Assembly (NCBI GenBank): GCA_051362555.1
Contig: CM120647.1
Location: forward strand, 18,576,651-18,640,650
Length of the DNA stretch: 64,000 bases
Source: Lingula anatina
Taxonomy: Eukaryota; Animalia; Brachiopoda
Direction: 5' to 3'
The notes under the pieces were generated by a model. The model was not told where the DNA came from, ran no database searches, and saw only the letters and a list, made by a program, of their open reading frames with translations. Made by a program: the position numbers and the translations under genes. How positions within the stretch are numbered: position 1 is the stretch's first letter; every line of letters starts with the position of its first letter. Of this stretch, positions 13,306-26,900 are shown in pieces.

Positions 13306-16300
13306 ATTTATTAATTGTATGATTGGAAGAAATGGCATTTGATCAATAATAGTGGAAGGAAAAACAAGCTCACAGTTGAACTAGAAAAATAACTGAAAAG
13401 TATGTATAAGAAAAACTGTGAGAGAACAGAAAAACTTCCTGTGAGGGTTGTGAGTTAAAAGAATTTTGAATTCTAGTATACCAAACACGAGGAAGAAGAA
13501 ATCATTAGTACAGCAGATTTCATATAATTTCCTGTTACAAGATAAAGCAAGCAGATACAAACAAAAGAAGATGAAGAAAACAAAAAGAATCTGTCAAAGA
13601 AAAAGACATCAGGAAAGAGAAAAGTGCCCTGGTTATTGGGTTCACAATGTATGATTTCTGCAAGACACAAAAAATAATTTTGTCAGTTTCAAAACCACCG
13701 TGTGACACTGTTGTAGACCAGCCAGGACGGGTGAAAAAAAATCTTTAGATCCCAAAATGTTGCACAAACAAAAACTTAATGAGGGAGATTATTTTGTTGG
13801 AAACTACAAATGATCAGTTTAAGAAAGGTTATATATTGAAACAAGTGACATAAATGTCCTCTCAGCCAAAGTGAAGGGGAAGGTTGAAATTGTAAAATCA
13901 ATTAAGTACTTAATGAGTCATTGCACCATTTGAGGTGATACGTCTGTGCACAAACATTAAGAAAGTCATCTAACTTAATATTGGCGACACAAATACTGAC
14001 AAGTAACACCTAAGGTTATATTTGTAGTACTTAGATTTTTACATGGCGAACTTACTCAGATATAAGTTAAATTTGATAACAATTTATCATGTATTAAATT
14101 GGAGAGTTTAGTTCACTTTTATGAAGAAAGCAGCATGTTAAGTTTTTCTTTTATGCTGCCAACAGTCCATCCAGTTGTCATCAGTTAAGCTGGGGAAGTT
14201 CATTTCATAAATGAAAAAGGAAAAAAGTAAAAAAAAAGCTGCTGTATAGACATTTTCAGATTGGAAAGCGCTGTCATACGGTCACGTGACTTATGATGCA
14301 AATAGAAAAAACTTTCAGGTGCTAGGGAGACTTCCTCACTCCTATTGAAAAAAATATAAGAATTCAGTAGCTGAGAGTGGAGTCTCTCCCACTCCACTCC
14401 CAAGTCACTTGACACCATGATCATGTTTTCCTCTCTGAAAATGCCTATTGTTAAGTGTAGTGAAAGCATCAGTATTATATTGACCAAAAGTTTAGCAAGA
14501 AGTAAAACAAACTTGCATGTCATTCCATGGAGAAGGGGCTTTGTTGTATGAAAATTATATGATAGTCAAAACATTCATTCTATGTAAGACTTAAACCTAC
14601 ATTTGAATAAGGTCAAACCCTCCTATCTCCTGTATGAAAAGGATCTGGCAGTAGCCATCTTGGCTCGTAAGGAGGTCTCGTTTCTATGTGTCAGATCACG
14701 TGCAATATGGCAGTTGGAAGCCATCTTGATTTATTTAAAACAAAGGGAAATTTTTGTCTAAGGTAAGTTGACCACCTCCAAGATCTACATGGAGAAAGAG
14801 GATTTGGAATTATTCAGATTGTTAAGATTTGTGTTTATTTCCCCCAAAAAAAAGGCATTGCCTTAGTACGTGGTGAATATATTTATAAGTAATAATTACT
14901 GTGTCTATCTTTTTATGGGTTGAAATGTTTTGTTTTTTTTTTCAGTTGAAGTAATAACTGTAGAAACAGCTGCTACTTTTTGGAATTATCTTTCAGGTGC
15001 AGGTGTTTTGACATAATTATATATCCTACTAAGCTCTGAAATATTTGTCCAGTGAGGCTTGGTTCACATATTAACTGCGAGACTGTAACACATTACTCTC
15101 AATCCAGGTTACCTCAGTTTAATGTGGATTGTTGGCTATTTAGGCTGATATTATAATAAAGAAATGAAAAAAAAATGTTGAGGGAGAAAAAAAACTAGAA
15201 TTTTAGCAGTATTATTATTTTCCATACCTGACATTTAAAATTTGATGTATATATTTGAAAATGATTTTGCTTTGATTATGTCAAAGGTGAAATATATAAT
15301 TGCAGATTATATAGAATATATGTATGTTGTAAACAGAGATGAGCATTTTTATCTTGCTGTATATAATGTTTTAATGTCAGATGTTTTATATAAAGAAGTA
15401 AAAAGTTGCTTTTTCAGTAAGAATAAGAATTTCTACTCCTGAGTGGTATCTTACACTATAAATGTGCAAGAATATATAGACATGTAAAAACCTGCATATC
15501 TGTGAAGCTATTTTATTGGAAAGTAGATTTTATACAGCTCTCATAGAGTGACGGCTATATGTAGAGATAAAGTTCCATAGTTATACATTTAGTTAAATTT
15601 AGTGGGATATTCTTGTGGATGATAAAGCATAGCATTGAATGATATGCAATGTATTTGAAAGGCAAGTGCTGATAAATGAAAATGATTGTGTGCACTTTTC
15701 AACATACAAGCTGGTTAGTAATATATTTATATTATTAGCCAGATTTTCTATTGCAATCACCCAGTGCCTTGCATTGTGTGATTCTTCACTGTGATTATGA
15801 CTCTGACATCACTTTTTAATGAATTGACCTTATATGATCTTGACCTTAAGGGTCAAGGTCATGACCAAAATGTGATTGTATTTTTTTCTATTGCTTTTTT
15901 TCACAGACTTTTGGGTTATAACTATGTATACTTGTTTTTTCTTCCTTTGGGAAGATAGTATACTTATGTCTTTTCTTTTTCTTTTCAAGATATTTGTATG
16001 ATTTGAGAATGCTTGTAGAATGATCAAGGGCAGCTGTAAGTTATGATTTTATTATTTAGAAGATGGGTGGAAAAGGAGTGATACAGAAATTGATTGGAGA
16101 TTTTTTTGTTACATTTATAGCGTGCAAGTCATTGAGTCAAATGATGCTGTTGTAGATGTTGATAAGCCTATTCTTGAATTTTTGGGGGGCCTAAAGTTAA
16201 TTTGATTATATTAAGCATGCAAATGCTATCTGAAAAAAAGGCCAGTGCCATGCATACTTTCAGAGAGCAGGAAAATTTGAATTGAAACAAAGAGACATTG

Positions 16301-16952
16301 CCAATATGTTTTGCAAGTTCTTTTCCTTTTTTTTTTCACATCATAGTGAATTGTCATGACGTATGCAGAAACTATTCTTTAATTTTGAAGATATATAAAT
16401 TTGTTAAATTTTGTCAAGTGAAAATTAGAATGGTCTAAAAAGTCAATAGCCTTATAAGAAGGTGGTATTTTTAGGTTGTTACTATTAATGTTGATACAAT
16501 GTGTCAAAAGCTACAAGAAGTGTAAAAAGTGTTGGTGCATTTTGTGACTAGTTAGGCTTGGAGCGTCTTGGTATGTGCCACACCAAGTGGCACACAAGGA
16601 GCTTGTGAAATGATGAAACTTTGCAATGGACTGATAAAAATACAGTACAAAGTGTTCTGTGCAATTTTGCCTATGTTTCAAGTGTAAATTAACAGACAAA
16701 GTGATCGTGTTTGTGTCTGTAACTGAGCAGAATTGCTTAAATTTCTGTCGGATGTGAAGTTGTAAATAAATATTAAGGCTAAAAAGTTGAAGCTTATTCC
16801 TTGTTATTTTGTGACTGCCACTATCACACCAAGAATTATTGTATTGTACATGTTCATATTGACATTGAAAGTCGGAAAGTGCTTTTTACACATATCTGAA
16901 GTGTATATATATCTTTGGACACGATTTAATTCTAAGGACAAAAATTAGTACT

Positions 16953-17024
16953 TGACCCCGACGTGATTTGAACACGCAACCTTCTGATCTGGAGTCAGAC
17001 GCGCTACCGTTGCGCCACGGAGTC
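16953..17024 (-). tRNA. trnW-CCA: tRNA-Trp (anticodon CCA), intronless
   Basis: Minus strand GACTCCGTGGCGCAACGGTAGCGCGTCTGACTCCAGATCAGAAGGTTGCGTGTTCAAATCACGTCGGGGTCA: 72-nt cloverleaf, CCA anticodon, A/B boxes, near-identical to the standard metazoan tRNA-Trp; T5 Pol III terminator about 10 nt downstream (16940-16944). Confidence 0.97.
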
Positions 17025-17498
17025 TTATATATCCACACTTGTTCTATATATAACATAAAATATATCATCTGAACTTGGCTAAGAAAGCCTACATACAACA
17101 TTTAAATATTCTACTTCTGTCAAGGAGGTTGTTCTCCATTTATTTTTCTGTCTTTTTCACGATAAGTCTTATTACCTTGAACTGGTGCAAAGGATCTGTT
17201 CTCAACTACCACAATTTAGCTCTGCAGGTTCCTTGGTGGAGGTCTGCGCTCTCTGGGTCCTTTTCTCAGACCCATAGCCAGGTGTGCCTGAAGGACTCCC
17301 CCTTTTTCTCCTGGGGAAGGGCCCCCTCTGGATAAAATTTATCTAGGTACACAAAGGTTTGACCCCCTTATATGGACCTGTTTTCTAGTCCTAAAGAAGA
17401 TTGCTCATCTCCACATTGTTGACCCTCAGAAAGCAAGGTGTTCAACTCCTTGCTGTAGCGTATTATGAGGACTTTCAACATATAATTTAAGAGATTTA

Positions 17499-17713
17499 GA
17501 CCCCATTCCCACAGATTTTAGATCAATCTATCCCTGTGGGGAGTCTCACTAGATTACTGTCAGCTTAGCGGGCTTAAATGTCTGTCCCGCCTACTAAGAG
17601 CTGTAAGGGGGTACTTAACTACCGTGCACGCTCGGCTGACAGCAATTTAGCGTGAACTCCCAGGGAGTTAGGTTGATCTAGATGGATCGATCTAAATCTA
17701 TGGGTATGCACTC
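17499..17713 (+). mobile_element. 215-bp MITE, PIF/Harbinger(Tourist)-like, isomer A
   Basis: GACCCCATTCCCA...TGGGTATGCACTC; about 33-bp imperfect TIRs with GATCGATCTA; flanks TTA/TAA; near-identical to 35771-35985. Confidence 0.85.
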
Positions 17714-19021
17714 TAAGAGATTATGGAGGGTAGCCATCTTTGAAGGTGCACGTTGGCCGATGCAAAAGCACAGATATCAGAGATTTCCTATAACTGCCGT
17801 TTTGGTGGTAAAATGGAATTATATTTTTATGTGTTGCTTACAATGTATTTATTGTGGAATTGTGAATCCCAAAGAGTTGTTAACCTTTCAACCTTGTCCG
17901 AATAATGGATATTTGGAGAAACTGCTACTGATTTGTTGAGGTAGAAGGTTTTGTTCAGACTTATTTTAATCTCAGTCTTTTGGGCAACCAACCCAGTCTT
18001 AATTCATACCTATTACGGAATACATGAATGAACCTAAGTAACGAATATCATTTCACCATTTTATGGTTCTTTTATTTTCTAAAGGCAATTTGTATGAAAT
18101 GATCACTACAAGGTATATACTACTAGTATTAGTCTTGTTACAGCTTTGTTTAAAATAATTCCCCAACCTCTTCAGGCACTGTATTAAATGTTATACATTT
18201 TGAACCCATTAAAATATGACCAAACCAAATCAACAGGATGTAATATTTATATCATGATAATGAGCTGTACCAACTATGCAGAGATAATAAATGAGGCCGA
18301 TTAGAAGATCCATTCATAGTCATATTACAGATATTACAATTGGAGTGTCTAAAATTATTTCTTCTTTAACCTGCATATTGATGTAAGCTCACTTATCATA
18401 GATCACAGTATATATAAATAGCTATGTATATTTATCTCATAAGAATATTATCTAATAACAATATCATGAGACTTTGATGCTCACCTTTCAGGCAGCTCTG
18501 TAGAATCTCACTGTTGTGTCATGATTAATGAAATCTGACTCAATAGAATTCATAAGAAATACATGCACACTGTATTTCTCTTTCTCTCTCAGTTTTTAAG
18601 GTATGCATCAGTTGTGACTAATTTTGTCTTGAAAAAACTACAAATAATTACCCTTTTCAAGGAGTAAAGTAACATTAGATGTAACAACAGTTCAAAGTTA
18701 AACAGAGAATATACTTTAATGGCATGATCATCACCGTTTAATATCCAGATCACAATCAATGGAAACATTATTTTTGTGAGTGAAAATGCAATTGGCAAAT
18801 GTTCCTGAGGTCCACAATGATTTTCGACATCTGAAAACTGGTCAGTCACATAAAATCTCTAAAATCTCTGTAAAGCTGGACAGTGGCACATGGGAGTGGA
18901 GAAAAATTTCAGTCCAGGATTTGATAAATTTATGCCTGAGACAAAAACTGGTGTATTTTGATACAAATCCAGATGTAGGTCAAAGGTTGTACAGATCTAG
19001 ATGTAGGTCAAAGGTCAGAGG

Positions 19022-22000
19022 TCAAAGGTGACTCTTGGCCTGACCTACCATGGAATTGGTCTTCCGTCCCAGTGCTTTTGAGATAAAAGCACCTGCCTCA
19101 AGAACTTTCTGTAGGTCAACTCCCTGAAAAACAGTAATAATGTTGGGATAACGAAAGAAATGATCCATTTTTCCTAGAAAACAGAATAAGTTCAATTAAA
19201 TTTCATCAACCTTTTTATACTGTTATATTTTAAGTGGTAGCTGCACCTGCCATATTAAAAGGGAAGAGGGAGGCAGACACCCTTTTGTTGTGTCCCCCAA
19301 TTCCCACTGACTGAGCATTACACGTTCTGTATCCAAATCCCATTAATTCAAATTAACTTATTCAACCTCATATCCATCAAAGTCTGATAATTATACATAA
19401 GCCAAACAGTCTTACTGTTTTAATTCCTAAACCATGTAGCATATAGAGTACATCTTCAGTGGCCACATTTCCTGTAGCTCCCTTAGCATAGGGGCATCCT
19501 CCCAGCCCTGCTGCTGAGCTGTCTACCACTGATACACCCATCTGAAGAGAAAAAGGTTGATTATGTTAGGCGAGACAGACAGGTTGTGTTGGGTGAGACT
19601 GGATGGTTGTGTTAGGTGAGACACAGTGGTTGTGCTGGGTGAGACCCAGAATTGTGGCGCAAGACGAGATGCAGTGGTTGATTGTGTTAGGTGAGACACT
19701 CTGGTTGTGTTAGGTAAGAAGGTGATTGTGTTGGATGAGACACAATGGACGTGTTGGTTGAGACCTGAAAGTTGTGCTGGATGAGACAGTTTCATTGGAT
19801 GAGACAGTGGTTGTGCGGGCTGGGATGCAAATGGCTGTATTTGGTGGGTTGCGTTAAGTGGAAACTGGGCGTGTTGGGGGAGACACACTTGTTTTGATAG
19901 GCGTGTTGTGTTAGGATAGCCAGTGTTTGTATAAGGTGACATACAGTAACTGTGTTATGAAAGATACAATGTTAGGTGAGAAAGTGTGTGCAGTGAGATC
20001 AGTGACAGCATTAATTGCGACTGTGCTTGTGAGAAGCAAGGACACTTTTTTTCTATTCATCTTCATGTTTGACTGTTAAAAGTCTACCAGAGAAAAATAC
20101 ATGATTTAATAGTAATTTACATAAAATTTTATTGCTCATAACACAATAAAATCCAAACAACAGGTTCACACCTACCTGTAAAGCAGCAAATATATTAGCC
20201 AGTGCCTGCCCGTACGTGTTATGGCAGTGGATGGCCAGTTTTTCCACAGGGACTGACCTCTTGACTTCCTCTAGCATGGCTTTAATAGAGGCAGGGGTGC
20301 CCACTCCTATGGTGTCTCCAAGGGAAATCTCATGGCAGCCAAGGTCCAGCAGCTTCTTGGCCACCTGGTGGATTTCAAAAGATAATCTTGAAACTGGTGA
20401 CTGTGGTGTGATAGTGGAGTGTGTTAGGTGTGACACACTGAGTGTGTTAAGTGTGATGCACTGAGTGTGTTAGGTGTGTTATGGGAGTGTTAGCTGTGGC
20501 AGTTGGGTGTGACCATAGTGAGTGCATGTGTGAGAGAGGTAAGTGTGTTGGGTGTGTTGGAGAATTCTGTTTTGAGAGTGACATTTAGCAAAATATATAA
20601 TGTGTTCAACATAGCATCAACTGACCTCAGCTACCTTCTGTGGTGGCACTGGACCCTCATATGGGCAACCAACAACACAGGAGACGTATCTGAAATGTGT
20701 AGGTCAAACAGGGTGAATGACTGGCATAAAATATTCCATGACCTTGATGACAGTTTCAATATTTTTCACTTAATGTCAGATTTTAATTTTAACACAGCAT
20801 ATTTGTGTTAAAGTTTCAACTGGTCAATGATCACAAATCAAAGAGAACAACTGTCTAATTGGAGCATTTTATCAAATCTGTGAATAACTTTTTGAGATAT
20901 CTTGTCTATTTAAAATGACAAACCATAAATCTATGAAAGCAAGCTCCTTTCTTGGGAAAGGTCCCAACTCACCCCCTGACTGGTATGCCTGCCTCTTTAG
21001 CTGCCTGGGATACCTCAGTGAACCTACTGATACTTTCATCTACGGAACAATTAATGTTCTTTCTGAAAGTTTAAATCATATTACAAATAAATATGGTAAA
21101 TCAGTTTATAAAAACAGACCAGTTCCAAAGATGAAACTGGAGCCACACAACCCCTTTACCCTTGTCTTCTGAAAAAGGGTAGATCTCTTGTAATGGATGC
21201 CTCAACATTAAGATGATTTATTAGATTAAATGATAATGGTGATCCATAAAAGTCCTCGTGAAGAGGCAGCAACATTTATTTTGTTAGAACATGTATGTCC
21301 ATTGGAAAAATTAGTATTACGAAAATTTATACACATTTATCAATTCAAAAAGTCTTCTACTTTCAAAATATAGAACTTAAAACCATGAATTAAGCAACTT
21401 ACTGACTAAATGTTTCACTTGCTGCTCCAAACACTGCTACCTCAGAAGCCCCAGAAACTTTCTAGAAATGCAATAAGAAGTTAAATGGTGATACCAGTTA
21501 AGTCTATTTTCAGCATTAAATTTAGCTCTGATTTGAATACAACTTTTGTGACAGCTACCTACCCATGATCACAACAAAATTCTGTATACAAATAGATGGC
21601 AAATACCTCTCTGGTATATTAACAAAACCCGAGAGCTGCACTGTAACAGACAAAAGCAGAAATTAATTGGGCATTTCATGTCGAATAGACTGCCTGTTGA
21701 AGAAACTTGCCTCCAATTCCATATTTGTGAATCTGTTAAGTGTGCCATTATGATTCTTTACGTCACTATTATCATTATAAGGCAGATATACTCACAGCAT
21801 CATTGAAACCTCTCACATTTGGAGTAAGCACAGAATATGTCACACCGCTCTTTTTGTGGATTCCATTTAGAACCTCGTGATGGTCTCCCATCTGAAATAT
21901 ACAGTGATAATTAAATGTCTTCCTTCATTTTATATGATATATGTGATTCTGATACTACAACTACTACTACATTGTTCTACTACTACTATATGTATTACTA

Positions 22001-23839
22001 CATGTACTACTACTATTATGCTAATGCTACTACTTTAATTACTACTAAGTTACTGTACATGTGCACTGCTACTACTGCTTCTATACTTACTGATATATTT
22101 TACTTATTTGTCTATTTCTTTCTTTCTTTATTTATTATTATTATTTTTTTTTTGTGACTGCATTGCATTTTGAAGCAAGTGACGTGTTCAAAATCTGACA
22201 GCAATCACCATGACCCACCTGTGGCACCCATTTTGCAGAGACAAAACTTGTCGCCTCTATCACAGGTAGTCCAGAGGCCGACAGCAGGTCTATGAACTTT
22301 ATCTTTGTTTCTGTGGAGACAATCTCCTAGACAACAAACAAAATATGTATAGATCATTTAAGAACAAATGAAAGTGCAGTGGGTGGACCTTATCTGATCA
22401 AATAACAGAGAAAAAGAAAATTCCCTTTGGGAAAAATACTTAAAAATGTGCCTATTAATTTAAACCACTGATGATATATTTTATATATACATGTATATAT
22501 TACCTTTTCATTTTGCAGTCCGTCCCTGGGTCCCACTTCAACCACCTTCACAAAGGAAGGCAATCCAGGCCACTAGTAAATAACAATAACAAGAGTGATA
22601 AGATGATATCGTTAAGTGTTTTTGTTAAAACTAAATCACTGGGTAGGGGATCTTATCAGTCGGTGCGCGACCCGAGTTAAAGGTCAGAAGGACAACGACG
22701 ATAAATTTAAGTGTCAGGGGCATTTGCCTGAGCTGAAACTCTATAATTTAAAACTTCAAAACATAGTTATGAATAATTTTATTGTAGTCTTGAAGTATGG
22801 GTACACGTACTTATTGATATCCAGTAAGTGGCAGTATTTTATTTCGATTATTCTGTTGGAACTGGATCAGGTTTGTTTCAGAAGCTCATTCTATTTTATT
22901 GTCTCTATGGAGGTATATGGGGACTTTACGACATTCGGTTTGAAGGCTTTAACCACTTGTTATAGTTTATTTTTGCATTGTATTGGATTAATGTGGCAGT
23001 CTTAGGTTGTCCTAGGTGGTTTTCAAGTTTATGCACCGGATTTTAATATCATTTAGCGATTTTACGACAATCGTTTACTATCCAATCAAGATGACAGCCG
23101 AGCGTGTATGGCCACATACACGCTCGGCTGTCACCTTGATTGACTCAACAATCCAATTCAGGAAATGACGTAACCGCAGAGGTCGCATTGTCCAATGGCA
23201 TGGCTTCTTTTTCGTAATGGTAGGTTAGAGTGGACCTGGCCAACGACACCCCGAGAATTTGTTTTTTACGGTTTGATTGTGCGTATGCCATGCACGGAAT
23301 TTACAAACGAGCGACGGGATGATGTAGCCTGCAGTATTAGCGGTAAGCGTGCCAAGTTTTAGGGGGCTCCGATGCCCGGCAGTATTTTATTTCGATTATT
23401 ATGTTGGAACTGGATTTTTCTTGTTTCACAAGCTCATTCTATTTTATTGTCTCTATGGAGGTATATGGGGACTTTACGACATTCGGTTTGAAGGCTTTAA
23501 CCACTTGTTATAGTTTATGTTTGCATTGTATTGGATTAATGTGGTAGTCCAAGGTTGTTGTAGGTGGTTTTCAAGTTTATGCACCCGGTTTTAATATCAT
23601 TTAGCGATTTTACGACAATCGTTTACTATCCAATCAAGGTGACAGCCGAGCGTGGCCACATACGTTTTCAGAGCATGCATTTTTTGGTAATTTTGAACTA
23701 TTTATTACGCATAATAAAAGCTGTCATCAATACATACCGCTCCAGTGGTATATCCTCTCGTAAGCTGCCTCGATAGATTGAACAGTCTTCTGCCGGCAGT
23801 CATTAAACACACGCTTTTACTTGCAGTCTGTACGACCAT
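19022..23839 (-). CDS. HMGCL: Hydroxymethylglutaryl-CoA lyase, 10 exons, 334 aa
   Basis: Minus-strand exons 23839-23738, 22572-22504, 22326-22219, 21891-21796, 21461-21403, 21062-20973, 20689-20626, 20364-20176, 19541-19416, 19123-19022 (1005 nt). Motifs [91 protein letters not shown]. Exon 1 ([34 protein letters not shown]) looks like a mitochondrial presequence and is slightly less certain. Confidence 0.95.
19555..19990. repeat. Degenerate GT-rich ~23-bp minisatellite in an HMGCL intron (similar tract at 20400-20570)
   Basis: Recurring GTTGTGTTAGGTGAGACACAGTG-like units. Confidence 0.7.
21952..22090. repeat. Degenerate (TAC)n microsatellite
   Basis: TACTAC runs in an HMGCL intron. Confidence 0.8.
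22830..23663. repeat. Direct repeat of about 285 bp (22830-23119 and 23378-23663) in HMGCL intron 1 with 60-nt hairpin
   Basis: Two highly similar copies offset by 548 bp; copy 1 ends in a 28-bp inverted repeat at 23083-23142. Confidence 0.85.
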
Positions 23840-23975
23840 TTTCCACCTTACCTTACCTGCCTTACTGCTACAAATAAATAACTACACGAGTCCCGTGCTC
23901 CGCAGCAGCGCACTTACCGTGTTTTGATTGGATAAAATATGAATACAGGCTTATTGTTTACTGCACGTGTGCATT
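23840..23975 (-). promoter_or_regulatory. HMGCL promoter / 5'UTR
   Basis: CpG-containing segment just upstream of the HMGCL ATG with TGATTGG (CCAAT on the minus strand) about 23925 and CACGTG about 23964. Confidence 0.45.
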
Positions 23976-26900
23976 TGATGTAATAGATAACTGGTAATAA
24001 ATAAATGTTGTTTTATTACAGTAACAGTCAATGGGCAGTGGATATGAGATTGTACAATTTTAAGTTAAAACCTAAATTCTAAAATACAAAAGTAAAAATG
24101 TTTTCAGGTTTGAATCTTTAGATTTTAAAATATAAAAAAGTTAAATTATTCTAACATAAGAAAAATGAAGGTATAGTCTTCTCAGGTTTGAATTCAATAG
24201 CAATTATAATAATGATTAATTATGCAGGTAGTAACAATTAACCGGCTTATGTTTTTCTCTCATTTACGGACACTTTACGAAAAACTGTACAGCTTGATGG
24301 GCATCAAAAAGAAACAGGTTTACTTCAATCAAAGATCTTGCTTTAGTCAGTTTTTGGGTCTGGATGCATTAATAGTTACGGAAAATGTGTCGAAATGTCA
24401 AATCTTTCTTGTTTTGCTATGTAAGCCCCCAAACATATTTGTAAACTGGGGTACCTTATAAGCCTTTTTTTTTTTTTTTTTAACAAGAAAATGACTTATG
24501 AGCAATAGCAATAAAAAAGTATACTGGCTTGTTGTAAAAACACTATTATTGACAAGAAAAACCAATTTTACAAAAACATCCACTAGAAATATACATAGTA
24601 CATACTGATAGTGAAAACAAAATGACACTTGGTTGTCTATCATATAATAATAAAACATATTGATACAAATGAAACATTAAATTCCAACACTACTCTTTTG
24701 TAAGAACTTTAGCCACAAACAGATAATTTGATTAAGGCTGTTCTGACCCCCAGAGAATGAGCAGGTATATAATAAATTCAAGAAAATACACATCACTTCA
24801 ACTGGGCAAATTTCTAGAATGATGTCAAAGTGATAATAAACAATAGCAAATCATATAGGTTTTATTGGAAGTAATGAATGAAATTAAATTGTAAAACATG
24901 CCCTATGAAAAGAACAATAAAATACTGAAACGGAATTATTCCAAATTGTCTAAAAATATAATCTGATCCCCGCTCTCAACACTTGCAATAAGAAAATGGT
25001 GGAAAGTTTTTTTGTATCTCTGGCAGTGATGCAATCAATTTAGGTGAAAAAATAATAGTAATAATAATAATTAAACAGTAATAATCACAATAATACAGGC
25101 ATACAATGATTTAAATAATAAATATTTACATCTTAAAAGTAATGAGCAAAATATCTCCCTTTAATTTTCGGTAGTGTTTAGAGGTATTGTAGTACTATGT
25201 GATTGTTAACTGTCACCAATAAAGGAAACAAAATATTTTTCCATACAGTACAGGGTCAGTATTGAAGTGTGTACAAAAACATCTGTTATTACTCACAATA
25301 TTCAATTAAAACTGTTCATCACATAAATCTAAACTCTTTTCCCCACAACAGAGTGATAAACTGCTAAAAAACAATGAAAATAAGTGAATAAATAAATGCA
25401 TAGGTAAATAAAAATGATAGTGTGTTGAGTTAATGTGTCATTCAACTCACTGCTCTTTCTATTTATCTCTTTTTCCATTTCTTTACCTTACTCCTGAGAA
25501 ATAAAAGCGTACACCCACTAGCAAATGCATGGCATAGTAATGGAAATAGTCTGTCTAAAACATGACTAGAACATGTGTGAGAATCCACTAACATTTTACT
25601 TGTGAAACTCGAGAATACCATCTTACAAAGTAATGCAAATGCAATATGCAAAACATAGCAAATAAAAAAATACATAGTGCTGTACTGTAATTCTAGAGAA
25701 TTTCTGAGAAAATATCCGTGGATAAATTCTTTTATTTCTTGCTGCACCGCATTAGATAGTCTGCCTGTTCATCCTAGTCCACTTTTTTCCAAAATGGAAA
25801 AAAATTCTCACTCATTTTTTTTCTCATTTTGAATGTGTTCCATGTATTTGTGAAGTTGGAGGTGCTTGCTTAGTCAGGTAATTGAACAATTCACAATTTC
25901 ATACCTGGCAACATAGTATAAATAGCAGTTGTTTATTAATATTGCACAAAAGGAACACTTGAAAACACAAACACCACACTATTATAATACAAACTGAGCT
26001 CACTTTCATCTAATGATGAAACTGTGATGTACAACACAGCACAAAAATTCTGTATTTCTGAGTGCACCATAATACAAAAAGAGTCCACAACAACCACTCA
26101 TAAATGCACCAAAACAAATGTTCAAGACACATAATTACTTATAAAGACAAAGTTTTAACATAATTCTTAGTTACTTATTTGTATCTATAATTGGCAAAAT
26201 TAGACAAAATTCGTGTCGTTTCTTTATCTAGTACCATATAATTAAGATAATTGGCTTTTTGTCAGAATTAGGTATTTCAAACATAAGCTCATTGCAATAA
26301 AGATGGGCCAAAGACACTAACAAAATATTTATTCAACCATTCTGTCATGGATTCAACTTAAAAAAACTTACATGGTAAACAAATTATTTAGTTGGTCAGA
26401 TAAAATGGTTAAAATTGTTAGCATTTATGTTCAAAGCTCAAAAATCAATAGTAGTTTTGGCTAGAACAAAATTTCACGCAGTACTATCCATTCCCTATGA
26501 AACTGTTATCACTGTTGCTTCTTAATAAAAAACATATATCGTACATAAAATCAACAATGATTATAATTAGAAGCTAAGCAGTAAATGCTCTCTCGATATT
26601 CATATGTGAACCTTTAATTCACAATTAAAATCATTAGATTGTTACTTAAGAGATCAAGAATGAGGCATTGTCTTAATATCATTTCAATTTCCACACAAAA
26701 ATAATAAATAATAAAATTTGATTTTCTTTCTTTAAACTTCCCCAAAAGGAGGGAAATTAAATTAAATGAAAACCTGACACAAAAGAGACCACTGTAACAA
26801 TTCTTTCTTCGACAAAAAAAGGAAATCATTAACAAAGAGGCATGTTTTTTTTTTTTTTTTCCTCACTTATGAGGCATGAGGATTAAACCCTTCACAATTC

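Noticed and set aside
14281-14290. Perfect CLEAR/E-box GTCACGTGAC in the lipin 3'UTR
   Set aside because: A single isolated site far from a promoter; not enough support.
19523-19942. 139-aa Gln/Thr/His-rich ORF
   Set aside because: Comes from the degenerate intronic minisatellite; out of frame with the adjacent HMGCL exon.
20215-20232. HMGCL HCHN instead of HCHD
   Set aside because: Both metal-binding His residues, the RD motif and the catalytic Cys (GGCPY) are intact; not evidence of a changed function.
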